From Nemertoderma westbladi (lineage: Eukaryota > Animalia > Xenacoelomorpha): a stretch of 64,000 bases of DNA. Every line of letters begins with the position of its first letter. Position 1 is the first letter of the stretch. Positions 14,101-26,799 of this stretch are shown one piece after another. The stretch spans positions 16,025-80,024 of the forward strand of contig JAUCBJ010008715.1 in assembly GCA_032718475.1 (NCBI GenBank), in the 5' to 3' direction. The notes beneath the pieces were generated by a model. The model was not told where the DNA came from, searched no databases, and was given only the letters and a program-made list of their open reading frames with translations. The translations under genes were made by a program, and so were the position numbers.

Positions 14101-14761
14101 GGTTAGCTCTGCCAATTACCTGGGTTAGCTTTGGCTAATAACCAGTTTGCCTATCAAAGGATTTGCAAAAATCATTTGTGGCTTTGGCAAGTAACCGGGT
14201 TGGCATTGGCAAAAATAATCGGTGGGTTTGGCAACGAACAGGGTTAGCTTTGTTAAAAAAACTGGGCTAGCTTGGGCGAATAAAAGTGTTAACTTTGGCA
14301 AATTAACGGATTAGCTTTGGTAAATGACAGGGGTTGCTTTGGCTAATAATAACCTGGCTGGCTCTTCTTTATTTCTCTGCTTATTTCCCTATATTTACTT
14401 TTCAAACAGTATCGTGAATGTTATGAGGGAAACAGGATGCCAAGTTCCCGATTGGATGCTCCAAATTAAACGGGCGCCAAATAAAGTTCGCAAAGCATTC
14501 AAAGTATCCCAGGTGAAACGGGACGCCATCAGTACACTACCTAACGACGAGAAAGCAACCAATCACAGGAGAGCTAAGTGGAAGTTCGTCAACAAGAGAA
14601 AGAATCTGAGTTCTAGAGAAGGCAATAGTAACTGTAATAACTTCAAGATTATTAGTCGGAAACAGATCAGAAAACTTAAATATACTAGGAAACATAAAAA
14701 AACCAATAATCCCAATGTGAAACGGTTAGCCTCTACTAATATTAAAACAAGTAGTAAATAG
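2103..14761 (+). CDS. DDX52: DEAD-box RNA helicase DDX52/ROK1, 3' exons 2103-2276, 8987-9184, 9850-10209, 12153-12233, 14410-14761 (5' exons not found in window)
   Basis: Spliced translation [10 protein letters not shown]...SLST|[16 protein letters not shown]...LFSATF...VTVGR|RNSA...[11 protein letters not shown]...FVQSKERA...[20 protein letters not shown]...YIHR|IGRTGRA...VTFFT...|[16 protein letters not shown] matches DDX52 (DESD box) colinearly; all junction phases consistent. Confidence 0.9.
3113..3205 (+). other. tRNA-derived (SINE-head-like) fragment
   Basis: A-box-like gtggctgaactggttagcg and B-box-like ggttcaaccc, closed by gtcag...ctgac; irregular spacing. Confidence 0.35.
3920..4336 (-). 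CDS. RPS17: 40S ribosomal protein S17 (eS17), intronless CDS
   Basis: [56 protein letters not shown]...[23 protein letters not shown] is unmistakable eS17. Confidence 0.97.
   Translation of the reverse strand: MGRVRTKTVKKAAKVIIEKYYTKLTLDFHTNKRICEEIAIIPTKKLRNQIAGFVTHQMGRIQKGPVRGISIKLQEDERERRDNYVPSVSVLEQEAIEVDRDTEAMVKAICDHVPFPMQVTDIAQQIQGGGQQRGGFRN
5722..5988. mobile_element. Small MITE-like dispersed repeat
   Basis: Imperfect TIRs cagataggg..ggaatggacgcaa / ttgcgtccagtttccc..ctgtctg; internal parts recur at 4970-5050 and 28523-28610. Confidence 0.45.
6880..7150 (-). mobile_element. CR1/L2-clade LINE 3' fragment
   Basis: LRGHNRKLF...[22 protein letters not shown] is the conserved C-terminal motif of CR1-group ORF2. 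Confidence 0.75.
8135..8730. mobile_element. MITE-like element bounded by ~33-bp inverted repeats
   Basis: attttgttacattatgtcaactatcagcgttc (~8136) vs gaacgctgttaagttgacataatgtaacaaaat (~8696). Confidence 0.5.
9157..9606. repeat. 45-bp tandem repeat x10 spanning a DDX52 exon end and donor site
   Basis: Unit accctatatcggttactgtggggcgcag|gttggcttcgtaaatta. Confidence 0.95.
10278..11810. repeat. 23-bp minisatellite (~66 copies) in DDX52 intron
   Basis: Unit caagtggtggagtaagttaacac. Confidence 0.95.
12208..12425. repeat. 107-bp tandem duplication including a DDX52 donor site
   Basis: caatcggatagactattactaaagaa|gttagtt... at 12208 and 12315. Confidence 0.9.
13010..14350. repeat. Tandem repeat of alternating 74/76-bp units (150-bp period, ~7 dimers) with degenerate ~25-bp subunit tail
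   Basis: Units start 13051, 13125, 13201...; junction alternates catcag-ggttgg / catcagcc-ggttgg. Confidence 0.9.
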
Positions 14762-16019
14762 CTGAGGTACAGACACTGTTTATTGGTTAGACATTGTACA
14801 TTGTAGGCTATAAATACTCCCAGTTGCCAGCCTCCCACTCTTAGTTTATTGGTAATATGTGATATGATAAATAAATGTAAGTTATAATATACAGCGAATA
14901 ATATATAAGTACTTATAATTGCATAGCATTTATTTACCTCTGATGGGTACCACTTAACCCTATTATTAGCACGGGGGGGGGGGGGGGGGGGGGGGGCGAA
15001 TCGGCCCCCCTAGTATAAAATTGCTGTAAAACTATGTACAACAACATTATGTATCTGCCTAATTGTGTTTGAGAATTAGCCAAATTTAATAGCGAATCTT
15101 TTGCAAAAAACGGCGTCGCAGTTGGATTTCTACATGTTAGTCTCCTGGATTGGTGTAGTTTTAAGATCAATTTGACAAAAAAGTTGTAATTTGGAAAGTC
15201 TAATTATTGGTCTGTTCCTGCCAACCGAACCACAACTGTCCAAAGGTCTAACTAGGTACACCTGACGACATAATATTTAAATAGTAATAATTTTATACAG
15301 AAATCAAAGTACAAAACTAGCAATACACAGTTAGCCTGTACCTAATGCACTAAAATTCCATTTCAAAATTTGACATTTTAATTCGTCTTTGGGCACTTTT
15401 GTGGGTTTTCTAAACAATATTGAGATTTTCTAAGCTTTTTCTAACCATTTCGAAACTATTTACGGTGAACATGTTAAAAAAAATACTGTGGCCAGGCCAG
15501 TGCCACTCTGCAGTTGGAGTTGATCTTGAACGCCCAATCCGCCAAGGCACAGCAACTTTGGTGCAACTGCAGTAGTTCGCCTTGTCGCATTGGGGATCCG
15601 AGTGTTTGTGTTAACTGAGTCTAGTTTGGGCCTCAAGTTCACCAATGGCTGGTTCTTTGTCTGCAAATGGAAAACCAGGATACTCCACAAAGGCCTCTTT
15701 AATTATTTGTTAATAGAAAATGTTTGTTTAATAATAAAATAGCTTAAAAAAATAAAAAAAAATGTTTTATTAATTTTATATACTAGAATTTTTTTCATTT
15801 ACATTAATTTTTGTTCTTTTTGTTTTTACATTATGATATTATTTTCGTTAAAAGGGCCTCTAAACTTACTGAATTAATTTTTTTTTATTATTGTAATTTA
15901 AAAAACCATTGTCAATATCTATTTATTGATACACTATAATATAATTAATAATGAATACGTAATCAATTAATCAGATCTAAATAATAACGCAGTTTGATCG
16001 ATATAATTTATAGCTATTT

Positions 16020-18579
16020 CTATAGTTTAGCCGACGTCCTTGCGGCAACAGACATTGGGGTTCCGCTGGGTTTTAAAGTTTCTCGAACTTTGTATAAAAT
16101 ACTGTGAACTTCATCGAAGTCCGGGCTGGTTTCGTCGCGAACTCGGTTCAGATATTCCTTAATAGTCGGTCGTTCGGCGAAGTCCCGTCCGGTAGCCCAC
16201 AGTTGGGTTAGTTCGCACGTCGCCTAGAAACCAAAACCAATCGATCAAACGTGAAGATAATTTAACAAATATATATTTATATCGAATGCTGATATAAAGT
16301 AGCGCTTTATTTTATAGAATAAATTATACCAGCTGGTAAAATGGCGCTGGAGTAGTTGTTTGGAAATGAAAAATGTAATTCCAAGTTTAAACCTTCCCGC
16401 GCAAACTGGCTGTCTGGGTTCTGGTTGGTTAATAATGTCTGGCACGAAGGAAACACACCACCGTGATAATATTTTCATTATGGGGGTTTTCGGTGGAACC
16501 GGTTGGTGGAATTTAATCTGTCTGCCTGTCTACAAATACAGCGATAACTCGAGAACTAAGAGAAGATCCCGCTAAGCGGTTGTTTTCAGATTTGAAATCC
16601 TTATTAAATTCTGTTCTACCAAATTTTTCAATAAATCTTTATCATATTGTTTGAAATTTGAAACACAACTAGTTCAACTCACCGTGGTTGTTACCATGAA
16701 GCCGGAATTTTCGATTTTGCCTTTAAAAAATTTTTGTAAGCGTTTTAAAAAAGTGTCTTTTGCGAAATCGCACCCTCTGTACCATTGCCATTCTTCACTT
16801 TAGTCGTAATTTTTTCACATCAATAGAAAGCTTGCGTTGCAAGGATTCCAAATATGTAACAATATCTGAATTTCGTTGAGAAACAGTTGAGAAATAGGCG
16901 TTCAAAGATTGCAAGAATTATTGTTCGCTGAAGGCCATTTATTCTATTTAATAAATACACGATGTTCTGGAACAATTTGTTTATGTACGATTAGCTACGC
17001 AATATACATATTGTATAGGCATACCGCAGTTGCCTATCAACTCATAAAATAAATTACACGTTCTAGAATTTGGTGTATTTATTAAAAATACTTTAATTTA
17101 ATAAAATACGACTAATGTGAAGAATATGGCGACGATGCGAAGGGCGCGAATTCGCAATAAGACACTCTTTTTAAAACGCTTATAAAAAATTAAAGACGAA
17201 ATCTAAAATTCCGGCTTCATGGTAACAACGAGGGTGAGTATTAACCATGATTAGTAGCCATGACGACATACCTGTAGGTCAGCCACGGTTATAACGGAAC
17301 TATTTATGAACGGGGTGGATTTCAGGAACACGTTCTCAAACACGTCCAGGGCCTTTATCGTCCCTTCCAGATGTCGCTTCTGTTGCTTCTCCTTTATTGG
17401 TTGGCCGGTCATCTTTGGAACCAGAACCTAAAAGAGAAACAAACTAATAATCGGATGATAAATGATCTTATTGAACTTCTTGTATTCTTTTACTTTAAAA
17501 GTTATTTAACTTTTTAGGTCATAAATAATACAAATATCGGTCACACAATTAGGGTGAACCGCATCTAAGACCCACCTCGTGTTGAAACAACATGGAGAAA
17601 TGAACCCGAGCGTTGGTGTGATGCCACGATAAGTATTCGTCGATTCGCGACATCCGTCGGACATCCTTCTTGGGGTACCAGTGGTCGGCCATATCGCGAG
17701 TAGTTGCTAGGTAGCGAAATATCGCCTCACTGTGTGGGATATATCAACATTTACTATATGATTTACTTCACAAGAACAACAACGTGTTTGCAGTATTCAG
17801 AAACATGTCGCTGAGAAACTTCAGTGTTGCTGTCAATGAAATGGAATTGCCCATAGGGTTCCCACAATATTACAATAGTTCCTCAGTTAGTATCCCGTTA
17901 CCGTACGCAGGGAAATCAAACATTAAATACTGTAGTCAATAATATTTTACGCGCTAACTTTTTAAACCTATTTTTCAGGCTATTTCTTCGCGTTTTAACA
18001 AACACACATTCAGGGAATCCCCAAATTCCATCCTACCCCAAATTCTAGTAGTGCCAACTAAATGTTTCGCGCGCTAACTATATCCCGCTTTTACTTTTAG
18101 CGAAAAAGGAACACCTTCTTATCGTAATTATGCCTACCACTAACCTACATTTTACAAACATTATTTAGGTGTCTGTCTGCCGACGTACGGACAATTACGG
18201 GTCACACAGGTACAGCTGTCGTTGCTAGGGTAACGTGCACTCCAACCAACCTTTCAGTGAGGATAAAGTCCCCGTCTCTAATCGCTGGAACTTGGCGCAA
18301 TGGGTTTATCTTTTTATACCAATCACTGTTTTGTTGACCTGTTACAAAAATTATCCTGCCAATTAATTAATTTCAATGTGAAACAAATATTACTATTTAT
18401 CCGTATCGTATATATGTAATACATTCTATTAATCGATTTCTACCTATAATAACTTCAAACTCACCTTTCACGATTTCAACTTTTTCTATTTTGATAGGTA
18501 TTTTGGCGCGTTTTGTAAATAACCAAATAGCTCTACTTGGTTGCGACATGAAGTCTATATATAGCGTCATTGAGGCCAT
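16020..18579 (-). CDS. Glutathione S-transferase, theta class; exons 18579-18465, 18338-18251, 17729-17576, 17427-17272, 16223-16020
   Basis: MTLYIDFMSQPSRAIWLF...KG|QQ...INPLRQVPAIRDGDFILTES|EAIFRYL...DHWYP...RIDEYLSWHHTN...|...ITVADLQ|ATCELTQ...FDEVHSIL...SAKL*; all GT-AG, phases consistent; GSTT-type SQPSRA motif. Confidence 0.92.
16678..17239. mobile_element. MITE with ~100-bp imperfect TIRs in GST intron 4
   Basis: actcaccgtggttgttaccatgaagccggaattt...gtgtcttttgcgaa vs ttcgcaataagacac...aaattccggcttcatggtaacaacgagggtgagt. Confidence 0.75.
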
Positions 18580-19957
18580 TATTAGTTACCTATTAGGAAT
18601 ATAAAATAAACATATTAATAAAATTAAAAAAAAAATAATAAAATTTAATAAAATGCACATTTAAATACACAATCTATTGGAAATATGACATGACAGTAGT
18701 AGGCGTATAATTACCACTTTTTCGTTTTCGGTTTTACATAATATGGAATTTTATAACTATAACCCAGTTTGATAGAAATATATGTAACTAACCGTTTATA
18801 TTCTGCAGCTCACCCGAATCCTAAACTTAATTTTCTAAACTCCAAACTTTCACAATCCGATCGCCGTTATGGTAATGAATTACGTACTGTAAAGAATTGA
18901 CAGCTCTAAACGTTGGTTTCTAAACTAAACTAATAAACGTTGGTATTCAGTAAATGGAGTAAGCGAGTAAGGTATGAATTGCGGAAATGAATCCAATGGT
19001 GTAGCGTGTAGGCCTACATACTGTAATATTCGGCACTGGTTCAGAATAGGGGACTGGGGACCCCCCTGAATGTTGATTTCAGAATAACAACAAATCACAG
19101 CAAATCACAAAACATTTGAAAAGAAAAGGAGTAGCTGTAGCTGTTATTACAGTGGTAGCCAGAAGGAACCAAAATAATAAACGATTAGAAAAAACAAAAG
19201 TGCCGAAAATTGCAAAAAAATGCAGAAACCTGCGTTACCATACCTAACCTATTACCGGTTAGGTAATACTAAGACTAACTAATGTACCGGTATCTGTTGT
19301 ACGGTTTGACTGTCTGACGGTAGTACCTGTACTGTTCCCATACGAAATACATAATGATAATTTCAGAATTTGAAAGTAAACCGTATATATTGCTATTGGC
19401 AGATGCAAACTGCTGAAATGGGAATGAATTAATTGGCCCGAACAATGTTAAACGAGTCATTACAGCAGTATACAGATACACATACAGAACAGACTAATAC
19501 ACATTTGAATAATTCAAAATAAAACTGATTATTTACATATGTTGTTAAACTCTAGTATTCAAATTTCCCTCCAAGTAAGGATATAAGCCTGACATAGTAT
19601 CCAATAATGTGACAGGAAGTCAGGCATTTCTGGCAACCTCTGTACGTGTGCAATGTACTGTACTGTACATTGCAATCACATGCATACAACAGTGCCAGCA
19701 TTCCTCATCCTTCAAGTTACAGGGTGGCCAAGAAACACCACTGATACTCGCTCATCCCTATGACAACCAATGCACACAAACCAACACAGAAAGGAGTAAA
19801 TGGTAATAATAAATAGCTTGGGTAGTGTCGTGTGGAGGTAATCGCCTAGGCATAGTTTTGTGGAATGCTTCTTGAATTACGGCTTGTTATAATAGGTAAC
19901 AGTGTGAGGTGTGCTGCAAAGTATAGTAAAACACATTTTTATTGTTTAGAAAATTAA

Positions 19958-20686
<729 letters not shown>

Positions 20687-22652
20687 TGGGTTGGGCTCAA
20701 GAACATAGTGGAATTAATTTATACGAAATTGAGGTACTTTTTATTTCATTTGTTGTTTTTATAAATAATTATATGACATCCGTAATTATTATATTATTGT
20801 ATGAATGTAGTGTGCATTACAAATTACCTTGTATCAGTATTTATCAATCTACAGTATATACAAATACCTGTATCTATCGTTATATTAAATTAATTTGGTT
20901 CTGTCACCATATTATTTTAACTTTGAACTTAAACTTGTATCCTAACAAAGAGTGTTGTTGCCGTAGTAAGATTAATAATTTCTATCAATAAAGTTCATAG
21001 CTCAGGTATTCACGGCGCTTTACAAAAAAATATACTCACTATTAAACGTTAGTCACTCATCGACAATAATTATTTAATTTACATCAACCTGTGTAACTGT
21101 AAATTAAACTGTTATAGGATAGGGTTGTACATAACTGAGATAATTTACCAGTCCAAACTAGGAGAGTAAAGCCGACAGCACGTTAAACCACTTTAATGAA
21201 ACCGGATGAAAAGGTTTACTAATAATATTAAAGAGCACTGCTGTTGTTGAACTGGCGGCATTCCACGACTTAAAAAGCATGAAAGTCTCCCATTCAACGT
21301 CCAGCACGTATCTTTAATTGAAACATCTTTCAACTTCATTATTATATCTATATTGTTTTCAATATTGTCCTGAGTTATATTCTAACCAGAAGTCCGTTTC
21401 AGAAATTACCCTTTCACGAATGTTGAAAACTATAAGAAATGTACAGTTAAACGAAATGTAATAATTATTCAATTTAAAGATAAAGATATATTTATTTGTA
21501 AAGTAGCACTTTACATTGTGCTGATCCAACTATAGGTTTGTCACACGAACGAACATAGTGAGTGCAAAATAAAGCTGCGAGGATAACAACACTAACCATT
21601 TGTGGTTAAAAGAAAGTTTAATATTTTAGGTGAAATTTCTAAAATTTTACATTAGGAATTGATTAAAGCAACTAAATAGAAATAGTTTGCCCCATTCAGA
21701 GTTTAACTGCAAATTTTAGCGATGCCAGTTAATAGTACAGGTCCAGTCTGCTAGATGGCGGTAGCTAGTTTTTAATTTAGTAATAATAACCTCAACTTAT
21801 TTGCTGAGGTTGCCGCGATAATTTCATGTTTCGCTTCAGTGTAAAGTTCTAGTCCAGAGATGTAAAGATAACATTTTTCGCTATTGAATGTACAGCTGTA
21901 ATGTGATAAGTTGACCTCTTGTGATATAAGGTCGTACATTTCAACTCGCAACAATAATAACAGCAGCAATATGTAATGTTGCTAATATTTAGGCCTACTA
22001 CAATACTAATTATTTTGAATTAATTTTTAAGCAGTCTGGCGATCAGGTATCAGCCCAGTTGAACTAAACCGCCTGCCCCTTCCATCTTATTCACGTGACC
22101 TAATCAGATCTCCTTAACAAACTCCAGCAAATCAAAATGTTTCCGTAACCATGAATAATATGTTGGTCACGATATCCTTTACGCTAGATAGATTATTTTA
22201 GTAATTGATCTTATTCACCTTTAATTTAATATATGTATGGTTATGCAAATTAAGCCGCTGTCTTTACACTGGAGAGCGGGTCTTGTTTCGCTAAAATAGT
22301 GAAGGAAAGTATACTTTTCTTCACTAAAATAGTTAATAGTGAAAGAAGGTAAATTATAGTAATGTAATGTCATTCTCATTCAATGATCAATGTGTTACAA
22401 ATTAAAGTAAGAGAACGCTATTTTTCATATATCCTTCTTTGTTTCTTTGGTTAAACTCCATAGGTATACTGTAAGTAGACTACTTCTACCACCACACGTC
22501 CCGTATACAGTATTCAAAGGGTTAATGTTATTAATTGTTTGTTTATACATCATTTTATATCTCAGTGAATCAATGTGAATAGCAATATTTTATTACGTTT
22601 TTTAGAAATAATTATAGTGGAGAATTGTCGAGAGCGAAATGAGTGGACTTTT

Positions 22653-22880
22653 ATTTTTGTTTAATTTCGAACAGCCGCCTGCCACTGAACTTCGACCATT
22701 ATTCTGTTACTTTTCAAAGTAACTCCATATTTTTGTTTAATTTCGAACAGCCGCCTGCCACTGAACTTCGACCATTATTCTGTTACTTTTCAAAGTAACT
22801 CCATATTTTTGTTTAATTTCGAACAGCCGCCTGCCACTGAACTTCGACCATTATTCTGTTACTTTTCAAAGTAACTCCAA
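22653..22880. repeat. 76-bp tandem repeat x3
   Basis: tttttgtttaatttcgaacagccgcctgccactgaacttcgacc... repeated three times. Confidence 0.9.
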
Positions 22881-23026
22881 AGTGTCTACTGTAGACTTAA
22901 ATTCATTTGCAAGAGTGAACGAACCGAACACATATCTTTTATTAATTCGTAAAAGACAACAGCAGGTTGGAATATTCATATAAATTAGCTTTAAGATCAC
23001 CAAATAAAAAATCAAATCTAATACCT

Positions 23027-24508
23027 CTACACCATATGTTCTTGAGCACCAGGGTTGCCCATAGAATTCCACCATTCGTAGTGCCTCACCCCGTCCGTAC
23101 CGTGATCTACCCCGCACCCGTTTCCATCGCACCTACGGTTCCCACACACATTCTTCCCCGATTTCTTCTGCCTCTTCTTCCACGGCTTCCTCTTTCCTCC
23201 TGTAGTCGTCGTCACCGAGTCGTTCCTCGTAACGTGAGATTCCGTATCTGCGTGGGTTCCTACCGCGGAACCAGATACCGCCGGGACGAGAGTCGAGGGA
23301 TCACCGTAATCGGGGAGTGTGGAGCAATCCAACTGGACAATGGTGGATTGCTCCGGAGTAGAAGGTTCACATACCGGTGCCAGTTCGCCAGTCAACGTAA
23401 TCGTAGCGACGCGACGACGAGGAACTCCGTGCTTTTCGTACAGATGGTCCTTATGTCTAAGGTTTTTGTCTTTCGCCTGTTTTGTGTAGATGTAATCCAA
23501 TGTGTACGGAGCGGAAGGACACGAAGTAGATCGTCTGGGCATGTTGGATTGTCGATGTGTATCAGTAACCAGAGGTTGAGTGTATGGGGCCTGTTGGGTG
23601 TATGGGCCAGATACGCCACTAGTGTCTGATGAAGGAATTGATTCAGTTTCATAGGCGGGGTTCGTTTGACCCGCAGAACGACTGGTTGGCGGGGTTGGGG
23701 GAATCAGTGTGAAGGAAGGTAGTGGTTGTGGGCCATTCAATTGGTGTTCTGTAAGGTTCGCCGCCATGGGCTGGGCGACTGTGAAATTTGCCACTGTTGA
23801 CTGGGGGACTGTAAGGTTTGTTCCAATGGACTGGGGGACTGTAAGGTTTGTTCCAATGGACTGGGGGACTGTAAGGTTTGTTACAATGGACTGGGGGACT
23901 GTAAGGGTTGTTCCAATGGACTGGGGGACTGTAACGTTTGTTCCAATGGACTGGGGGACTGTAAGGTTTGTTCCAATGGACTGGGGGACTGTAAGGTTTG
24001 TCTCAATGGACTGGGGGACTGTAAGGTTTGTTCCAATAGACTGGGCGACTGTAAGGTTTGTCTCAATGGACTGGGGGACTGTAAGTTCGTTTCCCCACAT
24101 TGATTGTGGGAGAGTAAGACGTCTCTCCTTGACCTCCCTCGGGGGTGTGCCAACCCGGTCCGACATGCGGAACCGACTGCGTCTGAAGGTGTTGGGTCCG
24201 GGTTGATGTTCAACAGATCGGGCGAACCAATTAATGTCGGGTTCATCGTGTATCGACAGTTGGAGGCTCTCCGTAGAGTTACCGGCTGGGAGCGACTGGT
24301 TAGCAGCTGTTTGGTTTACGAACAGTTCACTTGCGGTCGTTTGGTTTGTTGCTGTTTGGTTTACGAAAAGTTCACTTGCGGTTGTTTGGGTAGATAACGT
24401 TTGGTTTTCGGGACTTTGGTTTACCGATAATGCGTTTGCAGGTTGAGCGATGGTATTATCTGGTTTGTAGCGATAAGTATCTGGCTGTGTGAAATGAAAA
24501 GGGAACAT
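23027..24508 (-). CDS. Orphan low-complexity ORF / probable terminal exon with 10-aa repeats (NLTVPQSIGT)
   Basis: 493-codon open frame extending well beyond the 30-bp repeat (23750-24100); candidate acceptor ttcacacag near 24486; no recognisable domain. Confidence 0.45.
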   Translation of the reverse strand: MFPFHFTQPDTYRYKPDNTIAQPANALSVNQSPENQTLSTQTTASELFVNQTATNQTTASELFVNQTAANQSLPAGNSTESLQLSIHDEPDINWFARSVEHQPGPNTFRRSRFRMSDRVGTPPREVKERRLTLPQSMWGNELTVPQSIETNLTVAQSIGTNLTVPQSIETNLTVPQSIGTNLTVPQSIGTNVTVPQSIGTTLTVPQSIVTNLTVPQSIGTNLTVPQSIGTNLTVPQSTVANFTVAQPMAANLTEHQLNGPQPLPSFTLIPPTPPTSRSAGQTNPAYETESIPSSDTSGVSGPYTQQAPYTQPLVTDTHRQSNMPRRSTSCPSAPYTLDYIYTKQAKDKNLRHKDHLYEKHGVPRRRVATITLTGELAPVCEPSTPEQSTIVQLDCSTLPDYGDPSTLVPAVSGSAVGTHADTESHVTRNDSVTTTTGGKRKPWKKRQKKSGKNVCGNRRCDGNGCGVDHGTDGVRHYEWWNSMGNPGAQEHMV

Positions 24509-25134
24509 TAATAATAAACTACCACAGTTGTATTCACAGTTAAGTTGGGTCTAATGTTGTATGTTTATAGCATTATAGCACGAGTCGGTTTACTAGTGGA
24601 GCGAAGCGAGGCAAGCAAAGGAGCAAGCTTTCCATTCCCGTAATATTAGTAATTAATGTTCGTAATTTGGTTTCACAATTTAAACTTTTAAGAACAAAAA
24701 AACTTTATTAATTATAACAACGTGTTTGGTATGGAAGTACAGAAGGAAGTTAATGGGATGTAAAATAATATCAATGGCGGAAAAAACACGAATTAAATAA
24801 TTAGTGTCTGCGGTAATATATTGCCTGACAATATATAGCAACTAGCTTGACAAATGAAAATTTAGATATTAATTCAGATGATTTATTTACAAGCTAATAT
24901 ATTGGGTGTTTCATTCTCCTTTATTTCGGTATATTTAGCTCCGGATCACATTCTCTTCTCGAATTACCATAGCAACCTCTCGCGCTCCCTCCATTACATC
25001 GTATGTATTATAGACTTCGAATCCATAGATATAACATAGCCATATTGAGGATCCAAATGCTATTCTAGAGTAACATAGATGCAGACCACCAGTATTGTCA
25101 TTGGAAGAGGAGACCGCATCATATTGGATGATAA

Positions 25135-26412
25135 TAATACACGAAGTGGGGCCTTCGCGCAGCACGTGAAATGAGTTAATGCTAAGTATCAACTCGAAAG
25201 GATTATAAAAACATAGGAGAAGATTTTCCCGGAAAACGTTAACCCTCTAGCGGGAGACTGGGTAACTGAAGAAGGAAGGATTAGTTTCCCTACAAAGCCA
25301 CATCCTATGGTCTATTACATATCTACCAAGTTTCCGATTGACGGATCATAAATAACGAAATGTTGGAAGGTTTTCACTTTCATACATTTAGCCCTCTAGC
25401 GGCATATTAAAGAACTACGGATCGATCACCTTCCTCACAAAGACGAGGCATGTGGTCTAGTACATACCGGTACTGTATATTCCAAAATTCAGCTTAAATA
25501 GATTAAGATCAAGGAATTCGCAAAGGTTATCACTTTCCTACATTTCGCCCTCTAGCGGCAGACTCGAAAACTCCGGACCGATTACTGTCCACACAAAGAC
25601 TTAGGATGTCTTCTAGTACATATATGACAAGTTTCAGCGTAATCAGATCATAAACAACTAAATGGAAGAATAATTTCACATTCGGGACATTTCGCCCTCT
25701 AGCGGCAGACTGGAGAACTGCAGACAGATTAGCCTCCTTTGAAATTTACAGCTAATGGTCTAGTACATACTTCCCAAGTTTCAGCTTAAACGGATTAAAA
25801 GCAAAGAAATGGGTGGCCATTTAATGTTTAGACATGTGGCCCTCTAGCGGGAGACTGGAAAACTTCGGACCGATTACAATCCACACAAAGACTCAGGATG
25901 TCATCTAGTACATATATGACAAGTTTCAGCGTAATCAGATCATAAACAACTAAATGGAAGAATAATTTCACATTCGGGACATTTCGCCCTCTAGCGGCAG
26001 ACTGGAGAACTGCAGACAGATTAGCCTCCTTTGAAATTTACAGCTAATGGTCTAGTACATACTTCCCAAGTTTCAGCTTAAACGGATTAAAAGCAAAGAA
26101 ATGGGTGGCCATTTAATGTTTAGACATGTGGCCCTCTAGCGGGAGACCATTGCACTGATGGTGTCTGAAAGTCTCTCAAAAATCTCAACTTTTGCTCATA
26201 TTGATACCTACAAATTTTCAACTTGGCAGCTTTAAATCCGACAAAGTTATTAGCATGTCAAAATCGTAACGACGACGACAACGACGACGACGACAACGAC
26301 GACGACGACAACGACGACGACGACGACGACGACAACTATTTGCATAAATTGACCCACCCCCTAACAGTGTCAATTCGCTAAGGCTCCGCCAACTTCGTGG
26401 CTCGCCCCACAC
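25135..26412 (-). mobile_element. Non-autonomous Helentron/DINE-1-like element with ~146-155-bp internal tandem array and (GTC)n microsatellite
   Basis: Short subterminal IRs (cacgaagt ~25140 / acttcgtg ~26392), (acg)n tract 26270-26335, seven repeat units; a related unit lies inverted at ~1850-2000. Confidence 0.5.
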
Positions 26413-26799
26413 CCAGTAGAAAGATTCTTTACAGTCGTCTTGGGTGAGGTATCCGTTGAGATTGGCTGAGTCGGTGAAGGAGAGCTCTTGTCTGCGAACT
26501 TCTAACTCAGCTGATTGGAGAGACCATGATCCCCTGGTGAGAATGATAGTTTCATACACCCATAAACATTTCCCCCTCCAAACAAATATACTTCGTCTGC
26601 AAACCAAACAGAAAAGCAGAACTGCAGAAAAGCAAACAAGCAAGTGAAAAGCCAAACAGAAGGTTATGCACAGAAGCAATAAACAATTTATATATTTAGT
26701 AATCCCTGATGACTAACTACAGACTACAGATTATATGTCACACTAATAATGTCTTTCATTGTTTCACATCATCGTAACTTACCTCATTGGCTATAACTA

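Noticed and set aside
14954-15010. piggyBac-like TTAA-CCC terminus
   Set aside because: No matching opposite end identified
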